Below the pieces are notes generated by a model, which was not told the origin of the DNA, did no database searches, and was given only the letters and a program-made list of their open reading frames with translations. A stretch of 64,000 bases of DNA, taken from an uncultured Planctomycetaceae bacterium. GTDB lineage: Bacteria > Planctomycetota > Planctomycetia > Planctomycetales > Planctomycetaceae. The stretch covers positions 224,001 to 288,000 of the forward strand of contig CAWFAK010000005.1 of NCBI GenBank assembly GCA_963813715.1, in the 5' to 3' direction. Of this stretch, positions 51,349 to 62,639 are shown one piece after another; the first letter of the stretch is position 1; every line of letters starts with the position of its first letter. The position numbers were made by a program, and so were the translations under genes.

Positions 51349-52500
51349 ATGCCGGCGACTGGAATAGAGGACGACGCCCGAGCGGTGGGACTCGATCCGC
51401 GGCAGTGGCAGCGGACCCTCGAACTGCTCGACGACTGGTGCCGTCGCAGGCTGATCCCGTCGGCGGCGATTATCTGCGGTCGGTCGGACCGGGCCACGCG
51501 GACGCACGTGTTCGGCAATCAGACGCTCGACCCGGCGTCGCCTCCCGTGCGTGACGACGTCATTTTTCTGGTGGCGTCGATCACCAAGCCGATCGTGGCG
51601 ATGGGTGCGCTGCTGTTGGTCGAGCGCGGCCAGCTCTCGCTCGACGATCGGGTGTGCGAGATCGTGTCGCAGTTTCGCGGCACCAAGAAGTACGGCGTGA
51701 CCGTGCGGCACTTGCTGACGCATTCCTCCGGGCTGCCCGACATGCTGCCTCGCAATCGCGAGCTGCGTGAGTCGCACGCTTCGCTCGAGGAATTTGTGGC
51801 CGGCACTTGCGCGGCCGAGATGGGTTTTCCGCCCGGCCGCGGCGTGCGTTATCAGAGCATGGGGTTCGGGTTGCTGGGCGAGATCATCCGCACGCTCTCC
51901 GGTCGCAGCTGTGCCGACTTTCTACGGACGGAGATCTTTCAGCAGCTGTGGATGAACGATACGTCGCTGGGTGCTCCGGCCGAGTGGTACGACGAGCAAA
52001 ACGGACGGGCGGCCCGCGTCGCCGAAATCCGCGTGCCCGACGATCAGCGCGACGCGGCCAACGACTGGGGCTGGAACAGCCGCTACTGGCGCGGGCTGGG
52101 GGCACCGTGGGGCGGGGTGCTGTCGACGCCCGCGGATCTCGCGCGCTTCGCCCAGGCCATGCTCTCCGGCGGCACGATTGACGGCACGCGGATCTTCTCG
52201 AAAGCGACGGTCGAAGCGGCGACGAAGAACCAGTTGGCTGGCATGCTCGGAGTTCCGGCCGCCGACCGCGAGGGGCGGCCGTGGGGGTTCGGCTGGCGTT
52301 TGAGCTGGCCCGGTTCGTCTCCCTATTTCGGCGATCTGCTGGGCCCCCGGATGTACGGCCACATGGGGGCGACGGGGACGGTGCTCTGGCTCGATCCCGA
52401 TCGCGACGCCTTCGCCGTCGTCCTCACGACGCAGCCGCAGGATCCGCAGGGGGCGTATCTGGCCCGGCTGTCGAACTCGATCGCCGCGTCGCTGGTCTGA
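51349..52500 (+). CDS. Serine hydrolase (class C beta-lactamase-like)
   Basis: ASITK (SxxK), LLTHSSGL, YQS and GHMGATG. Confidence 0.92.
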   Translation: MPATGIEDDARAVGLDPRQWQRTLELLDDWCRRRLIPSAAIICGRSDRATRTHVFGNQTLDPASPPVRDDVIFLVASITKPIVAMGALLLVERGQLSLDDRVCEIVSQFRGTKKYGVTVRHLLTHSSGLPDMLPRNRELRESHASLEEFVAGTCAAEMGFPPGRGVRYQSMGFGLLGEIIRTLSGRSCADFLRTEIFQQLWMNDTSLGAPAEWYDEQNGRAARVAEIRVPDDQRDAANDWGWNSRYWRGLGAPWGGVLSTPADLARFAQAMLSGGTIDGTRIFSKATVEAATKNQLAGMLGVPAADREGRPWGFGWRLSWPGSSPYFGDLLGPRMYGHMGATGTVLWLDPDRDAFAVVLTTQPQDPQGAYLARLSNSIAASLV

Positions 52501-53005
52501 TTTTGCGGGCTTGTTTGGGGGCGCGTTCGGCCGTTGCGATCGGACTAGTCGTTATCGTCGCACCGGCGAGTCGGTCGAAGGTGCGCGTTAGGTCGAGCGT
52601 GCTGAACTTGCGGTCGGCTCTCCCAGATTGTGGACCAGGAACAATTTGACGCACTGAGAATGCGGCCTATGTTTGGGCAAATCGCGTTGAGCGTGCTGGC
52701 GGTACGAGAAAACAATTACGGCCAACGCTTGGGCGCGGCAAGGAAAGCTGGGAGCTTTGAGGGGACCTTGCCGCGCCCTTTTTCTTTGCGCCGTGCTCGG
52801 CGCGGCTTCTTGTGCGGTTCTGTGTGCGACGGCGAAGCTGAAAACTGGCCCCGACTTGCCCAGGCCACCTGTTGCGCGAATTCCCAACTTGCCGACTCTA
52901 ACGCAACTTCCGTTTGCGCCGTTGCCGAAATAATCCGGGAAGTTTTGGTCTGCGCTCGCCTCTCCGCGCTCCGCTGCGCCCCTGCCAAGGAAGGATCAGG
53001 TCGCC

Positions 53006-53557
53006 GTGCCACTGCCGGCCGAGTTATCGCAAACCGTGTCACGACCAGCCGAGTCGCTGGCAGCCCTGTCAGTGCAACCATCTGCTCGGGCGATCGGCGA
53101 CCGATTGCGGCGTGTCGCGTGGATCGGGCTCTTCGTGCTGGGGCTCTGCTTTTGGATTCCCGCGCTGTTACGCGCTCGGCTTGGTGCTTCGGCCATGACC
53201 GGCAGCGGGGCCAGCGACGCGCGGATGCCCGTTACCGCTCCCGCGTGTCTGACGGAAACGGCGGCGACAACTCCGAACGCAGCGTCGCAGGGCGAAGGTC
53301 ACCCGGTCGCCGCGCTCACCAGCCGTTTGCTCGTCACGACGACGATCTTGGGCAAGACCCGGCGGGCGGCGATTGTGAATGGGCGGCTCTATCGCGAGGG
53401 GGACAAGATCGTCGCGGGGAGCGAGCAGTATCGCCTGACGAGCGTCGCCGAGGACCGCATCGATCTGGTGGCACTTGCCCCGTCGGCCGGCACGAAGCGC
53501 TCGGTGATGCTGCAGACGACCGCAGAGTCCAAGAGCGATCCCTCCGGATCGCGCTAA
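53006..53557 (+). CDS. Single-TM protein, pilus/T2SS accessory-like
   Basis: TM plus TTILGKTRRAAIVNGRLYREGD. Confidence 0.6.
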   Translation: MPLPAELSQTVSRPAESLAALSVQPSARAIGDRLRRVAWIGLFVLGLCFWIPALLRARLGASAMTGSGASDARMPVTAPACLTETAATTPNAASQGEGHPVAALTSRLLVTTTILGKTRRAAIVNGRLYREGDKIVAGSEQYRLTSVAEDRIDLVALAPSAGTKRSVMLQTTAESKSDPSGSR

Positions 53558-53577
53558 GGACCGGATGGTTTCGCGAT

Positions 53578-55004
53578 ATGGCTCATAGCCGGTATCAATC
53601 GAGGGCGGGGCGTCCGACGTCGCAGGCGTCGGTGCGACCGTTGCGGACAGCCATCGGCGCGCTCGGGGTCGGTTCGCTGCTGCTGGCGGCCGTGGCCCTG
53701 ATGCACGACGACGCGCCTGTTGCGCGACTGGTCGCCGAACGTGTGGCCGAGGTCAACAAGCACCGCGGGATGCTGCGGCCAACCGCGCCCGACATCGTGC
53801 CGCCCAGCATTGCGCAGTCGCCTTCGGTTGCTGGCGTTTCGCGCACCGAGAACAGCACTCGCCCGTCGGCCGCTAAAGCGTCGGCCCACTTTTGGAATGC
53901 CGCGCAGGTGAGCCCGAATGCCAAGCAGGGCTCAATGGTCCAACTCGATCCACCGGTGGTCAGTCGCGACGCCACGGACGCCGACAACTCGCGAGCTCCT
54001 CTCAACAAGTCGGCCATCGACAGCACGCCGCTGATGACGCGGACCTATCGTCCCGTTTTGATGTCCGCCGTCAGCCTGGAGCGATTGGTGCGGCCGTTGC
54101 TGACCGCGCGGGGACAGATGGTTGCGTCGAACGCCGCCGCGAGTGCCGTAAGCACGCCCGTGCCCGTGCCAGCGGTCACACAGTCACCGCTCACCGCTGC
54201 CGCGGCCGATGCGACGCTGCCGGGCGTGCTGGTCGTCTCCGATCGGCCGGAGGCGATTGGCCGGATCGACGCGCTGTGCCGCGATCTGGAATCGATGTCG
54301 CCGAGGATCGCGATCGATTTGGTCGTCGTCAACGTCGTGCCGACCAGCGGCGAGCAGCTTCCCTGGGAACAGTGGCGGAACAGCTTCGGCACCGTCGAAT
54401 CCGATTTGCCCTCCGTGCTCAAGCAGATCCGCAGCCTGGGCCGAGCGACGGTTAGTACTCGCAGCCAGCTGCAAAGTTTGGGCGGCACTTGGACTGAATT
54501 GGCTTGGAGCGAGCAAAGCATGGGCGGGAGCCCGCGCACCGATGCAGCCGCTCCGGACGAGGAAGATCGCGAGCCCCCGACCCCGCCGGTGAACAACACA
54601 GCCGGGGCGACCGCCCTGACGACGCTGCACGTCCGCCCCAGCATTCAGCCCGACGGGGCCATCCGCCTGGAAGTCCGCGCCCAGTCCGGCCGGATCGAGA
54701 ACCGTGGGCAACCGCAGCACCCGCAACTGGTGAGCGTCCGCTTCAATACCGAGGTCGTCCTGCACGAGGGAGCGACCGGCGTCGTCAACCTGTTCGTCGA
54801 CGAACCCGGCCATCGGCCGCGAGCGCCTCGATCGGTTCCGCCACCGCGACGCTGATGATCCCCGGCGGATCGCTGCTCCCCGCGGCCAAGATCGTGCCGC
54901 AGCCCGGCCAACGCGAACAGACGCTGTTACTGCTCATGCCGCGAATCGTCCGACCGGCGCGGCCCGGCAAGATCGCCGTCTCAAAACCGCGCGATCCGGC
55001 TTGA
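53578..55004 (+). CDS. Divergent secretin-like protein (frameshift near 54815)
   Basis: LVVSDRPEAIGRID..L, IAIDLVVV, LHVRPSIQPDGAIRLEV and LLLLMPRIV. Confidence 0.65.
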
Positions 55005-55183
55005 GCCCGGACCGCGCTGGCGAACGGGTCTTTTCCTCGTCATCACCTCGACGAATAATCTAGTGCAACCCTGACAGCTGGCGGGCCGTCGGGTCACTGG
55101 GGTGATTGTCGTACGAGAGGAAGATAGAGCTGGCTGACATCGCGCAGGGCACGAAAGAGGTGTTGGACCAGGGGCAGCGCCGG

Positions 55184-55804
55184 TCACTTGTCGTTCATGC
55201 ATTGCCACTTCCCGTCGGCCTGCTTTTCGTAGGCGAATCCAAAGCCGTTGCCGCGGGTGATGATGCCCGTGCCCTCATTGTGATTCATGCGGATGACGGC
55301 GCTCGTCAAGTGAGCGGCTTCGGCATTGTTCTTGAAGATTTCCCAAATCTCGTCGACCTCTTTTCGCAGCTCGGCCCGCTGCTCCATTGGAATCTCGGTG
55401 TCGCACTCCATCACGAAAAACGGCGGACCTTCCGAAAAATAGACCGGACCCGCGAACTTGACCCGAATCTTGTGACCCGAAGGCAACGTGTCCCACGGTT
55501 GCGGGCGACCGAACAAGGTTGCGCCGATGAAAAGTAGCAGCGGCGCGGCATTGATCGCCAATCCGGCGACGCCCCATTTCCGCTCTATTGGCGACACGAC
55601 GGCGATTACCGCCAGAACACCGGCAATCAGGTTGATCAACAAGACCAGCGGTGCGATCAGCAACCAGTGCAGGCCTCCAACCCCCGACGCAATCCCCGCA
55701 AGAACGAGCACCGCGGCGAACGCGCCGAGCACGACGGAGGCGGGGCCGCTACGACCGCGCGGTATTGCCGGTGGGTCAATTTCGCTCGCTGTTTCGATCG
55801 TCAA
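55184..55804 (-). CDS. Hypothetical membrane protein
   Basis: Three TM helices plus a soluble domain; start overlaps the upstream stop. Confidence 0.65.
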   Translation of the reverse strand: MTIETASEIDPPAIPRGRSGPASVVLGAFAAVLVLAGIASGVGGLHWLLIAPLVLLINLIAGVLAVIAVVSPIERKWGVAGLAINAAPLLLFIGATLFGRPQPWDTLPSGHKIRVKFAGPVYFSEGPPFFVMECDTEIPMEQRAELRKEVDEIWEIFKNNAEAAHLTSAVIRMNHNEGTGIITRGNGFGFAYEKQADGKWQCMNDK

Positions 55805-58800
55805 TTGATCCCCGGCAATCGTCGGGCCGCTGGGTCGCTGGGATGTTTGTCGTACGACAGAAACGTGAACAGGTCGACGATCTCCTGCGGCTTCATCTGG
55901 TTTTCGATCTGTTCGGGCATGAGCGAAATGTTGCTGACGTGGACGGTGTCGATGTCGTTGCGGGGAATCGTTTCGGTCTTGCCCCCCTGTATCTTGAGCA
56001 CCACCCGCTGGGGACTGTCCTCGGCGAGCAAGCCGGTCAGCACGCGGCCGTCATTCGTTACGACGACGACGGCCCGATAGCCGGCGCCGATGACCAGGTT
56101 CGGGTCGAAGACGTTCGACAGGAGCTGCTCGAACGAGCTGCGGCCGTTATTGGTGATTTCCGGACCGACGTCGTTCCCTTTGCCGTGAATCTTGTGGCAC
56201 TGACCGCAGATTCGCTGAAAGACTTTTTCGCCGGCGGCCGCGTTGCCGTGACCGTCGCGAATCAGCTTGCGCATGCGGGCGATCACGCGCTCGCGCTGCG
56301 GGTCGCGCGCGTCGCGAATGCTTCCCCACCGGGCGTGGACCTGGTCGATGAGCTCGTTGTCGCCGAACGCGAGCAACTTGCGGACCTGGGAAAGATTGAG
56401 ATCGTGCGCGGGCAAGCGACCGGCGCCGATGGCGGCGAGCAGTTGCTTGCTCCAGCCGACGCGCTGAGTGAGCAGCTGCAGCGCGAGTGGTTTTTCCTCC
56501 GAAGCGAGGCGGTCGTAAGCCGACAACACCACGTCGGCAACCTGCGGTGCGTCGAGACGGGCCAGGGCTGCGATCAACCGCGCGCGGAAGCCGGGCGACC
56601 ACGAACGGCGGGGAGCGAGCATCGTTTCGACCAGTTTCAGGGTCCACGGATCGTTAGCGCCGGCGAGGGCTTCGATCGCGGCAAGCTTGCGGCGCTCGGA
56701 CGCTTTGGCGTCGGTCGCCAGCATGCGCGCCACCTCGGTTCCGGCGGGATCGTGCCAACTCGCGGCGAGCAGTGCAGCATCGAGAAACAAGGGCCCTTCG
56801 CGGGGCCCCGCCAGAACCGCCCGTAGGCCCGGCTTGAGCGCGCTCTTCACGGCTTCGAGTGGAGGTCCTGAAAGTTCGCGATTCTGAATATGCTCGCTCA
56901 ATAGCCGCAGACAGCGCTGGGCCGCCGTGGGCCGCCGCGCGTAGATGGCGAGGTGGAACAGGTCACGCAGGGCCACGCGCTTTGATCGCGTCCAACGGAG
57001 GAGCAGCCGGTCGAACAGGCGCGGAGTGAACTCAGCGAAGCTCGGATTGTCGTCAAATTTAGAGGCGGCTAAGCCGTCGACGATCGTGTCACTGCTCTCC
57101 ACGAGCCACGGCTGTAGATTGTTCCAGACGATATGGGGAATGAGCGGATCGTCGCCCGAATGAGACAGAATCTCGATCAACACGGCAACTGCTTCGACGC
57201 CCGCTACTTTCGGCGAGGCGATTGCCGCTTGCAGACGCACATCGGGCGAGATGTCGTGCGCGGTGGCGAGCACCAGCCGACGCACGGCCGGCGAAACGCG
57301 GTGCGCCCCCCGCTCGTTTTCCGGCGCGTACGCGGCCTCCGCGTCGTTGTTGCCGGCAAGCCGCACGCCCCAGGCGCGCATCGCCGGATGGGAATCGGAC
57401 ATCAAGGCACTGAGGAACTCATCGTCGGTCCGCGCGCCTCCGGCGACGAGCGAGCCGGCGAGTGCCCGCAGTGCATACAGGCGCGTCCTAAAATCCGTAT
57501 AGCCTCTGAGGACGATTTGTTGGAGCTTCGGCCGAGTCGCTGGGTCGTGTCGTTCAGCGAGCAATCGGAAAATCGTGTCCGCGAAGTAGGTGTTGGTCGT
57601 ACTATCCATCTGGGCCAGCAAGTCGTCATCGCTGTCCTTCGCGAGATCGAAGTTCCAAACGCGCCGAGTGTCTTTGTAGCGGACACGGTAGAGCCGTCCC
57701 TTCAAGCGGTCGATCCCCGCCGGGTCGCGGCCCGCGTCCTGGTAGCAGTGGTAGCGGTCGTACCAGTCGAGGATGTAGAGGCAGCCGTCAGGCCCCGTCT
57801 GCTGCGAGACGGGCATGAACCACGCGTCGTTGGCGGTCAGAAAATCGGGAGCGGGCTCGGACGCGTAGGTCGAGCCGTCGCGCTTCAGCGTGTCGACGTT
57901 GATGCAGCCCCCGTGGATGTTGCCCATGTAGAGCCGCCGGCGATACTCGGGCGGGTAGGCCTCGCTGTCGAAATAATGGAGCCCGCAGTAAGCGGCTTTT
58001 TGATGCTTGAAAGACGCGATCGAGCCGATCTGCCAGGTGAAGGGCGGATAAGGTCCCCCCTGCCGGTGGTAGTAGCCAGACTCGGTCAGGTGCCAGAGGT
58101 GATCGATCACGCACGCGCTGACGAACGCGCTGCCGATGTCGTCGAATGCGATGCCCCAGGGGTTGCTCGTCCCCTCGCAAAAGAGTTCGAATCGTCGCGT
58201 CCGCGGATTGATGCGGAACATGGCGCACGTGAAGTCGAATTGGCGATCGCCCGAGCGCACGTGGGCCGGGTTGAAGACGCCGTTGAGGCCATAGAGGTAG
58301 CCGTCCGGACCCCAGGTGAGCGAGTTGGGCAGCTCATGCGTGTCGTCGCGGCCGAAGCCGGTGACGACGACTTCGCGGCGATCGGCCTTGCCGTCACCGT
58401 CGGTGTCCTGCAGGAAGAGGATGTCGGGCGAGTTCGCGACCCAGACGCCGCCGTGGCCGACGGCGATTCCCGAGGGAATATTGAGTCCATCTGCAAAGAT
58501 GGTCACCTTGTCGACCTTGCCGTCGCCGTCGGTGTCTTCCAGGATCTTGATGCGGTCGCGTCCAGGACCGGCAGAGTGCCGCGGATATTCGAGACTTTCG
58601 GTGACCCAGATCCGGCCGCGCTCGTCGAATGTCATGGCGACCGGATTGACGAGATCGGGCTCGGCCGCGACCAGCTCGACGTGAAAGCCGTCCGGCACTT
58701 TCATCCGGGCGATCGCCTCGGCCGGAGAGAGCGCGGGACCGGGCGGACGATCCTGGCCATGAGGAACTTGCTGCCGACCCGGAGTCGGTTGCTCCGCACG

Positions 58801-58860
58801 CGCGGGCCCGGTGGCAACCGACATCGCGATCACAAACAAGATGCTGAGGCGTGCAATCAT
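55801..58860 (-). CDS. PVC-type membrane-bound dehydrogenase-domain / heme CxxCH protein
   Basis: ELVAAEP..NPVAMTFDERGRIWV, DTDGDGK, HEAT region and ICGQCH. Confidence 0.92.
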   Translation of the reverse strand: MIARLSILFVIAMSVATGPARAEQPTPGRQQVPHGQDRPPGPALSPAEAIARMKVPDGFHVELVAAEPDLVNPVAMTFDERGRIWVTESLEYPRHSAGPGRDRIKILEDTDGDGKVDKVTIFADGLNIPSGIAVGHGGVWVANSPDILFLQDTDGDGKADRREVVVTGFGRDDTHELPNSLTWGPDGYLYGLNGVFNPAHVRSGDRQFDFTCAMFRINPRTRRFELFCEGTSNPWGIAFDDIGSAFVSACVIDHLWHLTESGYYHRQGGPYPPFTWQIGSIASFKHQKAAYCGLHYFDSEAYPPEYRRRLYMGNIHGGCINVDTLKRDGSTYASEPAPDFLTANDAWFMPVSQQTGPDGCLYILDWYDRYHCYQDAGRDPAGIDRLKGRLYRVRYKDTRRVWNFDLAKDSDDDLLAQMDSTTNTYFADTIFRLLAERHDPATRPKLQQIVLRGYTDFRTRLYALRALAGSLVAGGARTDDEFLSALMSDSHPAMRAWGVRLAGNNDAEAAYAPENERGAHRVSPAVRRLVLATAHDISPDVRLQAAIASPKVAGVEAVAVLIEILSHSGDDPLIPHIVWNNLQPWLVESSDTIVDGLAASKFDDNPSFAEFTPRLFDRLLLRWTRSKRVALRDLFHLAIYARRPTAAQRCLRLLSEHIQNRELSGPPLEAVKSALKPGLRAVLAGPREGPLFLDAALLAASWHDPAGTEVARMLATDAKASERRKLAAIEALAGANDPWTLKLVETMLAPRRSWSPGFRARLIAALARLDAPQVADVVLSAYDRLASEEKPLALQLLTQRVGWSKQLLAAIGAGRLPAHDLNLSQVRKLLAFGDNELIDQVHARWGSIRDARDPQRERVIARMRKLIRDGHGNAAAGEKVFQRICGQCHKIHGKGNDVGPEITNNGRSSFEQLLSNVFDPNLVIGAGYRAVVVVTNDGRVLTGLLAEDSPQRVVLKIQGGKTETIPRNDIDTVHVSNISLMPEQIENQMKPQEIVDLFTFLSYDKHPSDPAARRLPGIN

Positions 58861-58969
58861 TCGGAAAGCTCATCGGCCAGGAATTTTATTTGAACTTACC
58901 AATCCTGCGCGTTACCGTGACCAGCATGATGTTGCTTCCCGGATCGCGTCTACCAAAAGGAAATCCGCC

Positions 58970-59401
58970 GTGGGCACTACGATTTGGGTCGACGTCGAAG
59001 GGCGTCCCGACGACGACGTTCCGCCCGATCATTCGATTATGCTGCGGCTCATGGACGAGCTCGATGACCTCTCCGATCGGCTCAAGGTCGCCAAGCTGAG
59101 CGAGTTCTGTGATTACAGCGTGATCGAAGCCGAGTACGCCGACGAGTTGGAGGGGCTGGAAAGACCGTTGAACGACAAAAACTACCCCTGTGACAGGTGG
59201 TTCGATCCAGGTCGGCCGCTCGAGGCGGTCCGCGCGGTTCACGATCGGCTTGCGGCAGACTTCACGGCGCTACGCTGGGTGCCCGACCGTTCGCGAGACC
59301 ATTGGCCCGAGGCACTGATCGAAGAACTGAAGCACTGTCGAACGGTGCTCGAGGAGGCCTCGGCTCGCGGGAGAAAGTTTCGCCTTCTCGTCGTGCCCTA
59401 G
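58970..59401 (+). CDS. Hypothetical acidic protein
   Basis: AAGGA then GTG; WFDP and KFRLLVVP. Confidence 0.65.
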   Translation: MGTTIWVDVEGRPDDDVPPDHSIMLRLMDELDDLSDRLKVAKLSEFCDYSVIEAEYADELEGLERPLNDKNYPCDRWFDPGRPLEAVRAVHDRLAADFTALRWVPDRSRDHWPEALIEELKHCRTVLEEASARGRKFRLLVVP

Positions 59402-59583
59402 CCGCCGCGCTGAACGTGAGCCGACTGCTCGAACCGCCGCATCTGCATCGGAGCCTTATTCGCTGCCGCCGGCACCACGGCCGCGGTGTGTGCACGCTGG
59501 GCAGTGGTCGGTTGTTGAGCGGGAGCATGCGTCGCGGCAACGAGCACCGCGAGCAAAAGCGGAATCGAAAGGCGTGATGTCAT
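59398..59583 (-). CDS. Small exported peptide
   Basis: 61 aa with a signal peptide (LLLAVLVAATHAPA). Confidence 0.45.
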   Translation of the reverse strand: MTSRLSIPLLLAVLVAATHAPAQQPTTAQRAHTAAVVPAAANKAPMQMRRFEQSAHVQRGG

Positions 59584-59636
59584 CGGGGAGTGCAGGTTGG
59601 CAGGTTGGCGGCGGGGTGCTGGGAAGCCGAGCGGCT

Positions 59637-60695
59637 TTACTCTCGGTCGGGGCCTAGGCTGGCAATGATCTTCTCGAAGACGGGCTCGACGTCCTTGAAC
59701 TGGGCCGGGGAGCATTTGCAGACGATGCTGTACTGGTGCTCGCGATGGACGACACTGGCCCGGCAACCTTTGACCGTGCTACTAAAGATGCTTTCCTTCC
59801 CCGTGAAGTCGGAGATTCGTCCTTCGCCAAAGCCGGCCGTTTCGATGGCCCGTCCGGGCCCCTCTTTGTACGACGAGAAGTTCTTCATCACCACTCCGCG
59901 GTGGTATTCATGAGTGGACGCGACGGCCGGGGCATCGCCAACGCGGCCGATGGAGGGACCGCCGATCTGATGGACTTCCTGGCCCGAGGCGATAGCTTTC
60001 TTCATCTTGCCCTTGGCGGAGGAGCCCTCGCTCTCGCGAATGTCGATCGAGATCGAATCGCCGTCGGAGATCCGGACGTAAATCGGAACGCCGCTCACAC
60101 CGCCTCCTGCGGTCGATTCCCAGCCTTCCGGCTTCATGCCGCTCATGGGAACGATCCCCATCTTGATCGCCACATATTTTTGGGGAGGCTCGAATTTCGC
60201 GGCCGCCCCGAGACCCGACTGGCGCAAATAGATGAAGCCACCCACGGCCCCGCCGGCCACCAGGAGCACGCCGCCGCAGATCAGGGCAATCAAGAGCGGG
60301 CTTTGCTTGCTCTTGCGGGGCGGCGATTTGCTCCGGCGTTTTTCGAGGGGAGAGTCGGGAGCCTCTTCGTCCTCGGCCGGCCTTGCCGCCTTCTTCGGCA
60401 ATTTGGCGCGACGGGCCGGCGGGCGATAGGCCTCGGTCTCGTCGAGGGCGAACTCGTCGTCCGCACTCGGGACGTCGTCGATGACGGACGATTCGTCGAG
60501 CAGGAAGCCCTCGTCCTCCGCATCGAGGATCTCGACTTCGTCGGCCTTTCGTCGGGAGGCCGGCTGCGAGGGATCGTGGACGCGGATTGTGTAGCCACAA
60601 TCGCGGCAGACGATCTTGCGGCCGTCCAGCCGTTCGACGTTGTTGATTTTGATCCGCGCTTTGCACCGCGGACAAAGCCCGAAGACTTTCGTCAT
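59637..60695 (-). CDS. Zn-ribbon / TM protein
   Basis: CPRC..CRDC, acidic linker and one TM. Confidence 0.78.
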   Translation of the reverse strand: MTKVFGLCPRCKARIKINNVERLDGRKIVCRDCGYTIRVHDPSQPASRRKADEVEILDAEDEGFLLDESSVIDDVPSADDEFALDETEAYRPPARRAKLPKKAARPAEDEEAPDSPLEKRRSKSPPRKSKQSPLLIALICGGVLLVAGGAVGGFIYLRQSGLGAAAKFEPPQKYVAIKMGIVPMSGMKPEGWESTAGGGVSGVPIYVRISDGDSISIDIRESEGSSAKGKMKKAIASGQEVHQIGGPSIGRVGDAPAVASTHEYHRGVVMKNFSSYKEGPGRAIETAGFGEGRISDFTGKESIFSSTVKGCRASVVHREHQYSIVCKCSPAQFKDVEPVFEKIIASLGPDRE

Positions 60696-60809
60696 GGTTC
60701 GCGGCTGACCTTGGAAAATCGGGGACAGATCGGCCTGCACCTTCGGCTCGATCCTAACGCTCCCGGCGCGCCGCATGCAACAATGATCGGCCCATTGCCG
60801 GCGGTCCGG

Positions 60810-62639
60810 CTAGGCGGCCGCGCACTCGGTAAAGCGGCGGTAGAGGCCGGCGTAGACGCCGTCGGCGGCGAGCAAGTCGTAGTGCGTGCCCCGCTCCACG
60901 ATCTGCCCGTGATCGAGCACGAGCACCTGGTCGGCATTGCGGATCGTGCTCAGGCGGTGGGCCACGACGAAGGCGGTCCGTCCGGCCAGCAGCACTTCGA
61001 GGGCACGCTGGATGCGGGCTTCGGTCATGCTGTCGACGCTGCTGGTGGCTTCGTCGAGGATCAGGATCCGCGGATCGGCCAACAGGGCGCGGGCGAAGCA
61101 GACGAGCTGCCGTTGCCCCGACGAAATGCCCACGCCCCGTTCGCCCACGATCGTGTTCAGGCCGTCGGGCAGGCTTTCGACCAGATCCGTGGCATCCAAA
61201 CGGCGGAGCACGTCGTGCAGGTCGGCGTCGGTGGCGTCGGGCCGGCCCACGCGGATGTTGTCGGCGACGGTGCCGCTGAAGAGGAAATTCTGCTGCACGA
61301 CGATGCCCAGCTGCCGATGCAGCGAGTCGGCCGAGACGTCGGTGATGTCGAACTCGTCGATCAAGCAGCCGGCCCGAGCCGGGCAGGTAGAACTTGGCGA
61401 TCAGGTTGATGATGGTCGTTTTGCCGCTGCCCGTTTGGCCGACGAGCGCGATCGTTTGTCCGGCTTCGGCGACGAAGTCGATTTCGCGGAGCACGGGGCG
61501 CTCGGGGTCGTAGGCGAACGAGACCCGCTCGAAGGCGACGCGGCCGCGGATGCGTCCCAGCTCGATTGCGTCGGGCCGGTCGCACCACTCGGGGGGCGAG
61601 TCGAGCAGATTGAACAGCCGCTCGGCGCCGGCCATCGCCGTCAGTGCCTGGTTGTATTGTGTCCCCAAGTTGGAGATCGGGGAGAAAAACATGTTGGCCA
61701 TGAACAGGAAGCCGACCAGGTCGCCGAGCTGCGTGGTGTGTGCAGGAGCCAGGGCCCGCGTCCCGCCGACCAGCAGCAACACGGCGATGAAGAACTGGTT
61801 GTTCAGATCGAGCAGCGGCAGAAACAGTCCGTACGTGCGGAGCACCGTGTAGTTGTAGGCCGAGTGGTCGGTCGCCAGCTCGCGGAACAGGCGGGCGTTC
61901 TCGTCCTGCCGCACGAAGCCCTGCGTCACCCGCACGCCCAGCACCGATTCGGCCAGCGTCGCGGTGACGCGGCTGAACGAATCGCGCATTGCCCGCAACG
62001 ACTCGCTCAGCTTGCGATGAAAGACGTGGTTGATGCCCCACAGCACCGGCGCCAGGCCAAGCACGATCAGAAACAGGAACTTGTCGTACCAGAGCATGAA
62101 AGTCGCGGCGACGGCCATCTGCCCGACCTGCACCAGGCTGACGAACAGCACTTCCTGCACGCCGACGCGGACGTCTTCGATGTCGGACGTCATCCGGCTG
62201 ATGATCCGGCCGACTTTCGTGCGGTGGAAAAAGCTCATCGGCATCCGCTGCAGATGGGTGAAGAGCGCGATCCGCAGGTCGCGGACGACGGCCTCACCCA
62301 GCTCCAGGGCGTAGAGCTGGCGATAGTGCATCACCCACTGCGTCGACAGGGCCAGCACCGTGAAGCCGACGGCTCCCCAGATCACGCCGACGCCGTCGCG
62401 CCGCTGAATGGGGCCGTTGATCACGGCGGCGATCACCCAGGTGAGCGCGGGCAACTGGATCGAGCGGACGATCACCCAAATGCAGAGCCAATTCCGCATC
62501 GAGGCATACGGGCGTGTGTACTGAAATAGCCGGGCGATCAGCCGAAAGTCGAGCGGACGCTGATCGGCTTCGCGATCCTCGTTGCGCGAGAGCTGCGTCA
62601 GGCTGCGGAGAATCGGCCGGCCGGCCGCGGGCGACTCAT
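60810..62639 (-). CDS. ABC transporter TMD+NBD (frameshifted)
   Basis: GQTGSGKT, ISSGQRQ, ILDEATSS and AHRLST. Confidence 0.9.

Noticed and set aside
52500..53005. ncRNA or riboswitch in the long intergenic region
   Set aside because: No recognisable conserved motif by eye; an Rfam scan would be needed.
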